DNA of 64,000 nucleotides from Pecten maximus. Its lineage: Eukaryota. Below, piece after piece: positions 41,501-54,160 of the stretch. Where the stretch lies: the NCBI RefSeq assembly GCF_902652985.1, contig NC_047015.1:3410001-3474000 (forward strand), given 5' to 3'. The number at the start of each line of letters is the position of its first letter. The first letter of the stretch is position 1. The notes below the pieces were generated by a model. That model ran no database searches. It was not told the DNA's origin and was given only the letters and a program-made list of their open reading frames with translations. Both the position numbers and the translations under genes were made by a program.

Positions 41501-44500
41501 GTAATGTCAGTTGAAAGCAAACAGTTATCATGCAAATTCGATCGAAGATACCACATCATTCTAACCTAAGTTGACATTGGTCTGTAATGCAATCTAGGAT
41601 GCAAAGCTGACATTTTATTGATCTGTCAGTTTGGAGCTAAATTGGTACGCAAATATTGATATAGTTTATCAACATCCACAAAGCACTTGGTTATACGATG
41701 CTGTTTCCACATATGTGTGAGGCTTGAGGTATTTACCGAAATGGACCGAACCTGACTTGGAATTACCGAGACGGAAAAAATAGTGGCTTATATTGGCATT
41801 ATTGTCAGAGAATGGACCTAAATACTGTATCAATTTTATCAAATGTAAAGTATTAGGGGATTTATTTGACCGAGAAGTATTTGTAGCATGGAAATATATT
41901 TCACGCTTGATCTACATGTTATTTTTGGTTTAGTGAATTACAAGTTAGGTGTATTTATATATTGGGAGCTGTGTGTATTAAAGGTGTGTGTATTAGCGGT
42001 TCGTTTGTGAGAATGTTGTGTAGTCTCGGATCTCTGTATTGATGCTAGGCCTGCCGTATCATCTTTCACTCCGGACTTATATAAACAGCGACTCGTATCC
42101 AAGGAAACGCTACATATTTCGCGATTCGCGGCCCGATGGCCATGATGCATCAGAGTTGAATTAACCAAATGGACGATAAAATACCTGAAATCTACATTTG
42201 ACGAGAGAATGGACCCAATTTGTTGGTATGGTTCCGGCCCATCTGACGGATTAATCATCACTTTTGGTTCAACAGGACAAGGATGTGTGTTGCTACTCGC
42301 AGATTAACTGTGTGTGTTATTTCTATTCCCCGTCTGTCTTTTGTTACAAGTTCGATATGTCCAGTATATTAACCATCTCTGGATTTATCTCATATTCTTC
42401 AAACCCAAACCCCATTCTTTGTTTCTGGATTGACGTTACTACATTTATAAATGCTTCTCTGTCATTTTCATCAACATAATTACGAAATCATCGTCGGCAT
42501 GGTCATTAACCTGCGCGTCACACTGGACGGTGAGTGCTTGTTTGAATTTCTGTTGAATTTTTCGAAAACTGTGCTGGTGAAATCTGTGTGCAAACGATAT
42601 ATTTCAATCAAAAATTTCTCGTAAAAACTGGTCTATACGGCATCGAATTATGTAACTGGAATGCTACTGTCCTATGTCTTCATAGTTTAGACTCCCAGAA
42701 GCATCTTCCAGATTCTTCTCAGTTATATATCAACAGAAGACTACGAGATTGTAATAAGTTTCGCTTACACTAACGGCATATTTATAAACAGTGTGAATAA
42801 CAGGATATTTGTCACAAACACTAAGTTTATTTGGAGACAAGATGTACTCACATATTAGATATGCTTAATTCTGTCAGCTAAGCTGAAAGATTCTTTGAAA
42901 ATACTATCCCCTCCCCAACCCATATATACCTATAGATAATTCTCTAAATTTACCGGATCAACAGGGATCCATACCATGAATAAAATGTCAACGCACTCGC
43001 TTTCGCAATTGTGCGCATGTGGTTCAACGTTGCGTCCCATTCTGTTCTGCATAAGTGTATAATCTAATTTCGTTAGTTACACAAATTTTGATTGGTTTGA
43101 AAATTAAGGTTATTTCCGCATAGACCAAAACAAAGCAAAAGGCCAAAGCAACAACAAAAAATGAGACTAGAAGCGTTTCAAGTTAATTTCCAAAGTAATA
43201 GACTACCACATTTATAACTTGAACTCAAAGAGATCTCAATTGCACATTTTAACTACACAGACCAGGAATTGAACCTTGATCCCTCGGACATAAGGTCTGA
43301 GAACTCTACATTGAGCTACCCATTTCAAATGTATATACAATTGAAACTTCTTTTTGTTACTCAATTTTAGTTAAATGTAATTTTATTCAAACGCCAATTT
43401 TATCGCGATTTTCGGTCGGCAAAAACCTGTTGGGTGAGAAATTAGAACATTAGTTTTATTACAGTAATTGAAAACGATCTACACGAAACACATTGTCGTC
43501 GGAAAGTATTGCAAATATGACTAATTAAAGCAATGTTGCTTGGATTTACAATGTATCTAGGTCCCAACTGACCAAACGTCAATGTCACTGAGTCAAATGT
43601 CCAAGATACAATTTTATATCTTTTCACTGATGAACATTTCGTAATTAAAGTTTAAAGCAATTTTGGCCAGAATTGATCCAGGAGTCAAATGACCGAAGGT
43701 CAGGGTCATTGGATCAAAGGCCAAGGTCACATTTTGTATGTTTTCACTAATGAACGTTTCTTTATTACACTGTGAATGAATGTGGATTTTGGAGTGAACT
43801 GATGATAGGTCAAGGTAACTGGATCAAATGCCAAGTTCTGGTATCAAGGTAAAATTTTGTATCTTTTCATTGATGAACATTTTGTTATGACATGATGAAG
43901 GAAAGATGTTCATAATTATACAAGGAGTCATTGATGCAAGATCTAGGTCTCTGGATCGAGGGTCAAATTTGTATATTTACACTGAAGAAAATTATGTTAT
44001 GACACCTTAACCACTCGGCCACTTCGGTACCTTTCACAATACTGGTCAACATTAATCATAGAACCAACCGATCAAAGGTCAAGGTCTCGTTTCAGGTCAA
44101 ATTTTATATCGTTTCATTGATGAAAATTAGCCGAAATTAAACAAGTAATCAATGGATCTTATGTCAAGGCCACTGAGTCAATGTTATGGTCAAATTTTGT
44201 ATCTTTTTAGTGATGAACATTTTTGGTATTATTAAGAAGCAATGTTGGTTAGAACTATACAAGGTGTCAACTAACCAAATGTCAATGTCACGGGGTTGAA
44301 AGGTCCAAGGTCAATGCCAGGTTTAGTATTTTCACTGATGAACAATTAGTTATGGCACTATGAAGCAAAATAGGTGTAAATCAAAGTCACTGGATTATAG
44401 TTTGGTTTTTGGACTATCGCCCTGTGAACTGTGAATAGATAGGGTTATACTGAGGCGGGGTTTCCATGTAGTAACTGGTGACTATCGCACTGAACAACAT

Positions 44501-44508
44501 AAGAGACG
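37264..44508 (+). repeat. Segmental duplication, copy 2
   Basis: Near-identical to 14111-21422 apart from the inversion, SNPs and repeat-number differences. Confidence 0.97.
37490..38558. mobile_element. Non-autonomous TIR element, CACT-type (EnSpm/CACTA-like), inserted in a (TC)n tract
   Basis: TIRs (T)ACTCGCAAAACCATGCTTATGGGGAA and TTCCCCATAGGCATGGTATTGCGAGTG, internal TATGGGGA repeats, and CT repeats on both sides. Confidence 0.65.
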
Positions 44509-45592
44509 CCCGCCATTCACAGAAATTGAAGTAAAGTGACTTTCTAAAGTTTCCATTTTTAGCTTCTCGAGAAACACACTGCCACCGGTAGGTAGTGTCG
44601 AACCACTCCCCTCGGATCTTCACCTGTAATCATGTGGCCAACGCTCTAACCAACTGATCTTATGATCACAGCCTGTCACTTGTTTAAAGGTCAAGGTCAT
44701 TTGGATCCAAAGTGGATGTCTGATTGCGATTACACCTGGTTAAGTATTTACATTTCTGTTAGACAAGCAAATATGGGGATTGAAGGAAACAAGAGCAGCA
44801 ATACTCGGAGTATGTAATGTTCTGACCCAAACATGCTGGGTCATGTAGTGGTCCATACAGATTGAAGGCAATTTAAAACTAGGACGTAACAGAGAACGTT
44901 TGGATGGACAGGATGCGTACACTTTCCAAAGACATGCAAGAATGTTTTTAAAAGAGGTGTGTAGTAGTCAGGTTACTCGGCAGTCAATGGGACGGTGACT
45001 TGATAGACGTCAGAAAATGACTGAACACATCGATAATATTAATCTTAGACATATTTTCGCTATTCGTATCAACGACACCCTTGAAACGAAAGACGGCCGA
45101 AAAAATTAACAGAGATTTGAAGTCGATATTTAACAAGAGGAGACAACCAATGACTTCGATTTGTCGGAAGGAAAGAGGCGAAAATTCATTAATGATACGT
45201 GTGCATTTTGGGATACCTTACTTTAAGACTCACACAACTAAACCAGCCAATCGGCTGCATTAGCTCGTGAACCAAGTCCATAAACAAAAAGTGTTTCTGG
45301 GTTTTTTAGTTATTTCCTTGAGTAATTAACATATGGAATAGATGCTTCCTATATACGAGAGTAAAGAGTTATGTCCTAAGACTTGGCGATTGAGGGGATG
45401 GAGTCACTCGTAAACACATAGTAAAATATTAAGTTGTCAACATACTTATTCACTTTCAATCAAAGTCGAAGCAATTAACTTTACACATCTAAACAAAGTA
45501 TCGGATCACCAATTACAGTTGTGAGCCTTGTAAGACAAGGTGTGTTTTATGTGTTTGAAATTAAAAAGGCCAGATACAGGATCCCGGATTAA

Positions 45593-45945
45593 AGGGGCAT
45601 TCCTTCGTTTGGACAGCAGAGACATGCAAAATTTCTATTAATGAAATCTATAACAAAACAAAGATTATATGAGTGTTTGTGCCTACTAGTAATGAAATTA
45701 ACGCCAAAATGTACAGAAAACTGACAATCGTACACAAATACCGTCTGTTTTTGCGGTAATTAGGGATACTTCGGGTCGAATTGAATTTTTTTATATATAA
45801 TACTTAAAGAACTTTGGTTTACCTTGCGAGTAAAATTGCCGTATTAATGTAAATATTATAACTTTTACTACTTGAGAAAAACACATATTTTTCATTAAGT
45901 TCCATTTTGACGACCTAAACTTTACTCAAACGAAGGAATGCCCCT
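45593..45945. mobile_element. MITE with 19-bp TIRs at a TTAA site (Kolobok-like)
   Basis: TTAA-AGGGGCATTCCTTCGTTTG ... CAAACGAAGGAATGCCCCT-TAA. Confidence 0.75.
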
Positions 45946-48797
45946 TAAAACAAAACACAGTCGCCTGTTGCTTTACTATGTCTTCTCTTTACGAAATACT
46001 TGCCTTACATCTCATACCTTTATTGTAACGATTCTGAAGGTGATTACACAAAAAATCGCAAGCTGTATAACTTTCTCGGTCCTCATGGACTGTCAGGCTA
46101 TCGCTGTACTGACATACTAAAACATCGGAACATTATGCTATTCATACAATACAGCGATTAAACCAAACAGGTTCTGATTATAATCCACTCGCAATAGGTC
46201 GATTGGTAGTGAGCATTGTGTAAGGTATAATAGATTCGACGTATTATTTACATGAAACCTTTATTAGTTGAATTGATATATATATATACATGTATTTCTG
46301 TTTAACTGTGTAGTCGAAAACTTTCAAGCTATTGAAATTATTCTGTGTATAAGCAGCAAGCAGAATTTGCTGTGCGGGGCCTCATAATGGAAAATGTAGA
46401 CCAAAAACTAACAAGCCAGTGCTGTATGTATTGTCAGCTTAAGAACTATAACATTAGACCAGATATTGTTTGAGTTGCATACGGACATTTTAACAGTAGT
46501 AGACATCGGCACCACAATGGTCAAAAGTTGACGATGTGCTGACATTTGGCATTTGTTGTAGGAGTCTATATGGCCTGGCCACGTCAATCTGGTGGAGGAG
46601 TTCCTAAGAAGGGTGAATATATAACGATACTGCATGTCAAACGGATCTGTCACTGACATAGATAATTGTTATATTGGTTAACTTGTTTATATGTATAGTT
46701 GCTATACACGGCTAGATAGCACGCCTAATCAAACAGTCGATTTTGTATTCAGAGGGGTATTTATTTCCTTGTTGTATTCTACGTGACGACGCTATTGTCC
46801 TCATCAATACATGAAGTGAAGCATTTTGTTGTTTTTGCTCCATTATTACGGTTTTTGTGACTAAACGTAACATGACATTGAATCCATGCGATCCCTACAA
46901 ATACCAACTACAAATCTAATGTTTCAGTGAGAGAGAATGATCAACTGCCCAGAATGATGACGAAAACGGACGAGGTAGAATACTTCTGAATCATCGCCAA
47001 GGTAATGTACTCATAATTACATACTGTACGCTTGGAGTGTGTGATTGAGTTGACGTTTAACTTCTCACACAATTATCAAAGGTTTTCTTTTTTAAAGATA
47101 AGCGAGACAAAAGTTTTTTAATCGGCAGCATTAAGCTCATGATGGTAAGGTCTCCCCTATACTAAGAAATACTAATTGTATAGCAGCGGTTATAATTCCC
47201 AGGTAAGGATATAATGTGTACAGATAGTATTTTGGTTTTAGAGATCGCTGTTTTCAATCAAATAGTAAATTGATCGTCGTGAAGTTTGTCCTTTTTAGCA
47301 GACCTTCGTTACAAATGTATGAATAATAGGATAGACATTAAGAAAGCATAACTTCTGGATTTTAATTTGAAGAGGTAAATCATTATAATTAGTTACATAT
47401 GTAAGTGAATGTAGTAATTGCAAGGTACCCGGTGGTAGGATTAGAGGTTTAAAACCCAATGCGTATCTGTGTTAACGGAAATCACTGAGTTTCTGTCTTA
47501 TTCTGATCTTAAAGATTCATTGTTTAGATTGGTAATAATGAGGAATAAGTTCATAGAGTCATATTACCCTATTTTTGTGTGAAATCAAATGTCTTTTGAT
47601 TAAAGCAACAAATCGTAATCAAACTAATAAATAATTTGGTGATATTGGATAAGACAGGATTTGACGATAATAATCCATTGGCAACTTTTATTTGAATTTC
47701 CTAAAAGGTGTCACGTTCTATGTTTTGAGATCAGTCATCTGACTAGAATGGTCAACATACCTATTGCCATCATGCTTTGTTCGTCATGTGCCGAAAGCTG
47801 TTTTTATTTCCAAACACCACACCTGAAAATCAAATTTCAACCATAGGTCTTAACTTCTTGGGAGAGGATATTTTTCTTAACAAATTGAGACTGGATCGAC
47901 CTCTTTGGGACAGAGGGGCGGGGCTCCAATAGGAAACATAGTTTACATTTCGCTTTAAACGTCACTCCCCTTGATGTCTGAGTGGATCACAGCCTGAAAC
48001 ATATGAAACATCTGAACCATCACTGAGGAGATCAATAATTCCTTAAATAAATGTTCTGGTTCCACCCCTAGGTACAGCCATTTCTTAAATAAGTAAGCAC
48101 AAAATAGTTTATTGTATGTATAACTTAGTGTCTTCAATTTGTTTTATTTGTTTGCTAAAGACTAAAAGAGAGAAAACAATCAGTTGGTTGAAAAAGCTCA
48201 GAAATTAGTGGCATACGTCGTGTCCATGTGACGTCTCCCAAGTGAATGGGTTTGTAGTCAACGCGGTTTCAGCGTTTTATTGATTTAGGACGCAGTATAT
48301 AAGACATGTAAAACAGTTTATAATGCATGAAAAAACGATATAAAAGAAATGTAAAAACCGTATATAAAACATGTAAACGTACATAGGACATGTAAAAACC
48401 GTATATAAGACACGTATAAACCGTATGTAAGACATGTAAATGCGAATTTAAGAAATGTAAAGCTGTTTATAAGAAATGCAAAAACCGCATATCGACGAAG
48501 ACGGATCTTTCTATCAAGGACGGAACAGGCGTAATAAGAAAATTGAAATACTTTAAAGAAAAAATGTTTTGTATCATTGAGCAGGACATCTTTTCACTCA
48601 TGCATAACTCCACATATCTGACCCTGTCCCTACTATCTCTCGATTAGCTATTACATGTGCACGGCTTTTACAGTGCACTATAAACTATTTCATAATAAAA
48701 AAACAATTTATATGAACTCAGAAGCTTTAAAATTTGTCAGTAATATACTTCAATCGGGTTGTTTATTATTATTTTTATCTTTTTTTTCAGAAACGAA

Positions 48798-50651
48798 ATG
48801 CTTCGAGCAGTAGCTTTCAGGAATTTTTTATGCTTTGAGGATCATCAGTCACTGGGATTTCAGAATGGTCCTAATTTCATTGTTGGTGCGAACGCAACGG
48901 GGAAAAGTGCCATTTTTGAACTGATAAGACGATGTTTGTCAAGAACTGCAAGCAGTTCAGATTCGAGCGTAACAGACAAAAGTAAAGACGCTTTCGTTAT
49001 TTGCAAATTTAAAGTCAGAGAGGAACTATTGGACAAAGTGCCTGCGGGATGTACGCTTTATTCTCTCTATGTAAAGTATTTGATAGGTGGAAACGAGGAC
49101 AAACACAAACTTGTTTGCATTACAAACGAAGAGGAAACACATGCTGAATACTATCTTGATTGTTATGATGGTTTAAAAGCCACTTTAAAAGGAGATAAAA
49201 AAGACGTATTAGAAGCAATGAAAAGTCTTATTACGAAAGGCAGCGATACAAATCAACACCTTAAAACAATCAGTAGTATGATTCCTGGAGTGACTGAACG
49301 AGGTACTGAAGAGGCTCTCTCTGACTGTGAAGCTGTACTCAAGGAACTACACGACGTTGTTGTCGTCACGTTCCCAATACGTTCTCCTGGACCGATACAG
49401 TGGAGCCATTCTAAAAATATTGGCGAAGGAAATGAGCATTACGTTACAGCTTCCAACAATGCTGAGATACTTCAGCGGCTTATAGGATCTAAATATGTCA
49501 ATGAAGAAATGTCGGAAGACATATTCCAGACAATCATCAACCCATTGAAATACACCTTCCAAAAACATAAAAAGGATCATGATTCAATCATAACTGTTAA
49601 TGATGGCCAGAGGTTAATACAATTACTCAAAGTTCCAGAAGGGATTATCGAAGCAAAGCAGTTTTCCTTGATGTTTGCACACAAGAAATTTCAAACATTA
49701 ATGTTGGAGGAACCTGATAGAGCAATGCATCCTCAAATGATTCAGAAGATGCGGGACAAATCGATCAGGGGATGCAAGGACCAGAAGACGCTAATATTAA
49801 CTTCACACCAGCCAGTGATGCTTAACCGATGGACCATGTCCCGATTGTATGTTTGCAGAAAGAAGAGGGTTGTCAGCGGTAACTTCAAACACTTCATTTA
49901 TAACTGGGGTAAAGATGTCAAAAATACCCACCAACACCAGGACCAGCTGAAACAAATGTTGTACTCTGCAGCTGTACTGTTTGTTGAAGGTATTACAGAC
50001 AAATCGGTCATTGGATGGGTATTCGATCGTGTTTTAGATACCGACTTTAAAGATCTGACTGACTTTGCCAAAGAGGAGCTGGCAGAATTGAAAGAAATAA
50101 TTGCTGGGACTCAAATCATTTCCATGGAAGGGGGAAAAGGATATCAGCACTTAACACAAGTGGCAGAAGATTTGGAAGTACCATTTGTGTTCCTGCTTGA
50201 TGCTGATATAGTATTCAAATATCCGAAAGATGTTCAGCAACGGAAAGAAATTAACACTGTTTATGATACGTTTACGAAAGAATCCAGTAAAAATGTAAAC
50301 GTGGCATCGATCATGGATTTGCTGTCAAAGTGTGAGTTAGATGCATATGCAGCAAAAAACTTTGATTTGCCGCCAGACAGCAAAGACTTTAAAGCCACCA
50401 AAGACTGCTTGAAAGAAAAGAAAAATATTTTTATTTGGGATTCTAGGAACCTAGAGGTAATGATTTTAAAAAGTATCGTAGATATCAGAGATCAGTTGAT
50501 AGATAAGAACATGATTGGGTTTTTGAAAAAAAAATCTGCGCTCTTAGAAATGGACATGGAAACGGCTGGAACACTTGTGGAATGTCTGTTGAAAGGTGAG
50601 GAAATGAGAGTGTTTTTAAAATTCCTGTTAAAAACACGAATGCAGCCTTAA
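48798..50651 (+). CDS. OLD-family ATP-dependent nuclease (ABC/SMC-type ATPase + TOPRIM; P2 Old / GajA-like), 617 aa, intronless CDS
   Basis: N-terminus MLRAVAFRNFLCF. Walker A GANATGKS (48885-48908). Walker B/D-loop LMLEEPDRAMHPQ (from 49698). H-loop ILTSHQP. TOPRIM VLFVEGITD (E at 49986), DxD LLDAD (50199-50207) and a distal NLE (E at 50454). A polypyrimidine tract + CAG acceptor ends at 48790. Confidence 0.9.
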   Translation: MLRAVAFRNFLCFEDHQSLGFQNGPNFIVGANATGKSAIFELIRRCLSRTASSSDSSVTDKSKDAFVICKFKVREELLDKVPAGCTLYSLYVKYLIGGNEDKHKLVCITNEEETHAEYYLDCYDGLKATLKGDKKDVLEAMKSLITKGSDTNQHLKTISSMIPGVTERGTEEALSDCEAVLKELHDVVVVTFPIRSPGPIQWSHSKNIGEGNEHYVTASNNAEILQRLIGSKYVNEEMSEDIFQTIINPLKYTFQKHKKDHDSIITVNDGQRLIQLLKVPEGIIEAKQFSLMFAHKKFQTLMLEEPDRAMHPQMIQKMRDKSIRGCKDQKTLILTSHQPVMLNRWTMSRLYVCRKKRVVSGNFKHFIYNWGKDVKNTHQHQDQLKQMLYSAAVLFVEGITDKSVIGWVFDRVLDTDFKDLTDFAKEELAELKEIIAGTQIISMEGGKGYQHLTQVAEDLEVPFVFLLDADIVFKYPKDVQQRKEINTVYDTFTKESSKNVNVASIMDLLSKCELDAYAAKNFDLPPDSKDFKATKDCLKEKKNIFIWDSRNLEVMILKSIVDIRDQLIDKNMIGFLKKKSALLEMDMETAGTLVECLLKGEEMRVFLKFLLKTRMQP

Positions 50652-53519
50652 TATTATAGATAGGAAAATGTATAGTTATATCCGCTTCTCTGTATTGAAG
50701 AAATATGAGACTTATTAAAGGATTAAGAACATTCTAAAACGAGTATGAATATGGAAAAACAATAGACAGATACCGGCATCTAAAAAGATAATCTACAAGT
50801 CATCATTTAATCATCGACGGGAAAGTATACGTTATCATCACACTGACTACGAAATAATAGTACATTTTGTACGTATTACGTTAATACCAAAATTATCAGC
50901 TATGTTCTCATACTTGATTGCTAATTTTTGTGGTTTCTAATCCCCTGTCCGGGATAGAAATTAGTCTACTAGAAAGGCACAATTAATTGTAGAAGATCTT
51001 ATCAATGTTTCGGTGCACAGTTATCGTATCCTTCTCTATAAGTGACAGCTACAACATGTTGTTGTGCTTCGTGATTATTTGTTGTACATGTTTAGTAAAT
51101 ATTGATTCTGTTTATAGAAAATAATATTTTTGACTTGGGCTTCTATTGTGTCATAAGGTAAATCCTCTCATTTAAACTATAAAGTTGTGTATTTCCTGTC
51201 CAAAAACTAAAATTTTAGTTAAGGTATCGCATGAGCAACTACTAATTTCAATTGTAGTATACATGTATTTTGTAATGTTTTGTCTATTCCGTCTAATAAG
51301 AAATTGACCGAGAAAATCCGGAGTTTGAAGACATTACAAACAATCGTCAGCCAATGCCTTATACATTTGTACAGTCATTATTGATCTATCACACTGCTTT
51401 TACTTGTTCCCGACGACTGAGGCTCGCTGGAAATTTGAAATATCATTCTGCCTGTGTTACATTAACATCAATTGCGCCATACAATAATAAATGTAGGTAA
51501 TATGTTCTTAATGATGTTAATTATTAAACATACTTTCGATATGATTTTTTTCCCCATTTTACTTTCAAAATCAAGTAATCATGATTGGACAAGATATCAG
51601 TTTATCGATTTATAGAACGAAAATCTACCTAGGTAAGTGTACACTTTGTTCTTAAAACAAGAGAGAAATGTTCATATATGAAGAGTACCATATTACAGTA
51701 ACAGTTTATATCATCTCTTAAAATCATAGTTCATACATTAGGAATGTAAATAAGAAAACAAACAATTGTTTAGTGTTTCAGATAAGTGTGTATCTCTGAA
51801 TATTTCAAATTTGCCTGGAGGTCTGTTTGTTTTGGGATTGTAGTGTTTCTCCTGAAATTTGATTCAATTCCAACATGTAAATTTACCAAGTTCACGTTTT
51901 ACTTATGTAATTCGATAGAACTGTGTTTTTTTTTGTGTTTTGTTTTGTTTGTTGTGTGTTCTTCTTTTGATTATATAATGAATATAATGCTATGACATTG
52001 AGTATGTGTAGTAACTTGTGTAAATCAATATATCTTTTTATTTTCTATTTTACTTTAGATGTTATTTTGATTTAAGATGTTATATTTTTAATTCTGTACA
52101 TTTTTCTACATTGTTTGTGTAATAACTTATTCAAATTAATATAACTATTTATTTTCATTTTTACTTGAGATGTTATTTTCATTTATATGTTCTATTTTTA
52201 CTTCTGTTTTATTTATATTTCATTTTGATATTTTATCTTGTATTCGCATAATTAGTATTCATGCATGTGTTCATTTGAAAATGAACGTAATAATATACAT
52301 TCAGTATAGTTATATTTGTTTGCATTGTAGCGCCAGGTTTATTGGCATTACATTTCTTCAAACAATGAACATACATTACGAATACATTATTTTGTATATT
52401 ACAAAATATTATTACAATAATTTAGATAAGTTTCAGGTTATTTTCTTTTTAATTAACACATTTGTTAGCTTTGGAAAGTACCTTGTTTAACACCAGCGTT
52501 CCATTATCATTATTATGATTACCTTTGAACAGAAATGATCAGTCAGGTGTTCTCAGTTATCTTATATTTTCTGCAAGGGTCCTGATCGTGAAAAACCAAT
52601 TTTGTCGTAACATCTTTTGAAAATAATGTGCCGTATTCTGTAATTTGTTTTTACGCTTTGGTTTTGTAAACACATGGTAGTGTTTTAACTTGCCTTTTGT
52701 GACACCTGTGTCCTCATTATGATTTTTTTTTTTTCAAATTTTACTTTGCATAAACTGTGATAACGTTAGCACTGTGATACTATATATTTATGGCATATTT
52801 ATACTGTTGTTTAATTATATAACATACAAAACTAATGTGAGTAGGTATAATAAAAGATCACGGTATGTATTTTATCGATATCTGACCCAAATAATGGGGT
52901 CCGATACGTCATCTACACATAAACTGATGACGTATCGGAATGTGCTATTCTCTACTTGTACAACTATTGTTGTATATGGGGGATATATGAGTGTACAGAG
53001 GGTATTAGAGGATATGGTTATGTTAGCTTGGTATTAATTTGTTCATTAACATTTAATTATGTTCACAAATCATTTGTTGGGTCATTATGACGTATATTTA
53101 GAAGAATGTTTCCATATAAATACGTCTATCAATGAAATTCCATTTTTGATTGACCATAATTATCAAAGCAAAACATTTTCAAAAAAACAAAAAAAAAACA
53201 AAAAAATCCAGAGTCAGAAGCTTCATTAAAATAAAGAAGTAACAACAATCACCATATCTATTTTCTTGTTCATTGGTTTTAATTCCTAATCCAGCCTGGT
53301 GCATTCTACAATGTACTGTATCGACTTTTTATGATGTCTTTGTGGATTGTAATGATGATATGTTTGAAACTGATTTATTTGTTTTGCAATAACTGAAGCA
53401 AGAGGTTTTAAATCAACATAAGGTTGAAAGTAATATATTTTTCTTTACGCATAATTCCGATAAGCTTCCTTCGGAATACATATCATCATACGTTGACGTT
53501 GTAATAGATGGAAGTTTAT

Positions 53520-53835
53520 CGTCATAAGTTTGATGAAGTGGATATATGTAATGATACTTAATTGAGAGGATACGTGTTGTATCATACCTTGATTAAGTGG
53601 ATACATGCAATCATACCTTGAATAAGTGGATAGATGTAACGATACCTTGATTAAATGGATACATGTTATCATACCTTGAATAAGTGGATAGATGTAACAA
53701 TACCTTGATTAAGTGGATACATGTTATCATACCTTGATTAAGTGGATACATGTAATCATACCTTGATTAAGTGGATACATGTAATCATACCTTGATTAAG
53801 TGGATATATATAATGATACCTTGATTAATTTAATA
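53520..53835. repeat. 29-bp minisatellite
   Basis: Unit TACCTTGATTAAGTGGATACATGTAATCA, ~10 copies. Confidence 0.93.
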
Positions 53836-54160
53836 CATGTAATGATACCTTGATGTTGTTATTCATATAGGCAGAAGTCCCTCGTCATAAAAACCTATTG
53901 ATATATGTTCAAATAAAGTCCTAGAGTTTTATTAGAATTCATTTTTAAGGGAAGACTTTCCTGATCAGTAATTTACCTTTCCCACCTGTTACTTTGTTTA
54001 ATGAATAGTTAAGTTACAAACAGTTTCTTTAAAAAATCAATTCCATAATGATTTTTGTATTGAGTATCAAATATATTTTTGTTAACCTAGAATACCTTAT
54101 TGATATGTTATTTGATATCCAATTTCTGTTATAAATAGCTTTAAAATTTACTCTACTATT

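Noticed and set aside
48759-48797. Hydrophobic N-terminal extension (MFIIIFIFFF) as a signal peptide of the OLD-like protein
   Set aside because: It starts at TTG and is the translated polypyrimidine tract/acceptor. The family-typical start is the ATG at 48798.
48798-50651. Complete Gabija or retron operon, or a contaminating bacterial segment
   Set aside because: There is no adjacent helicase or RT ORF and no operon-like gene density. The flanks are non-coding animal-type DNA with a splice acceptor. Read-level confirmation is still needed.
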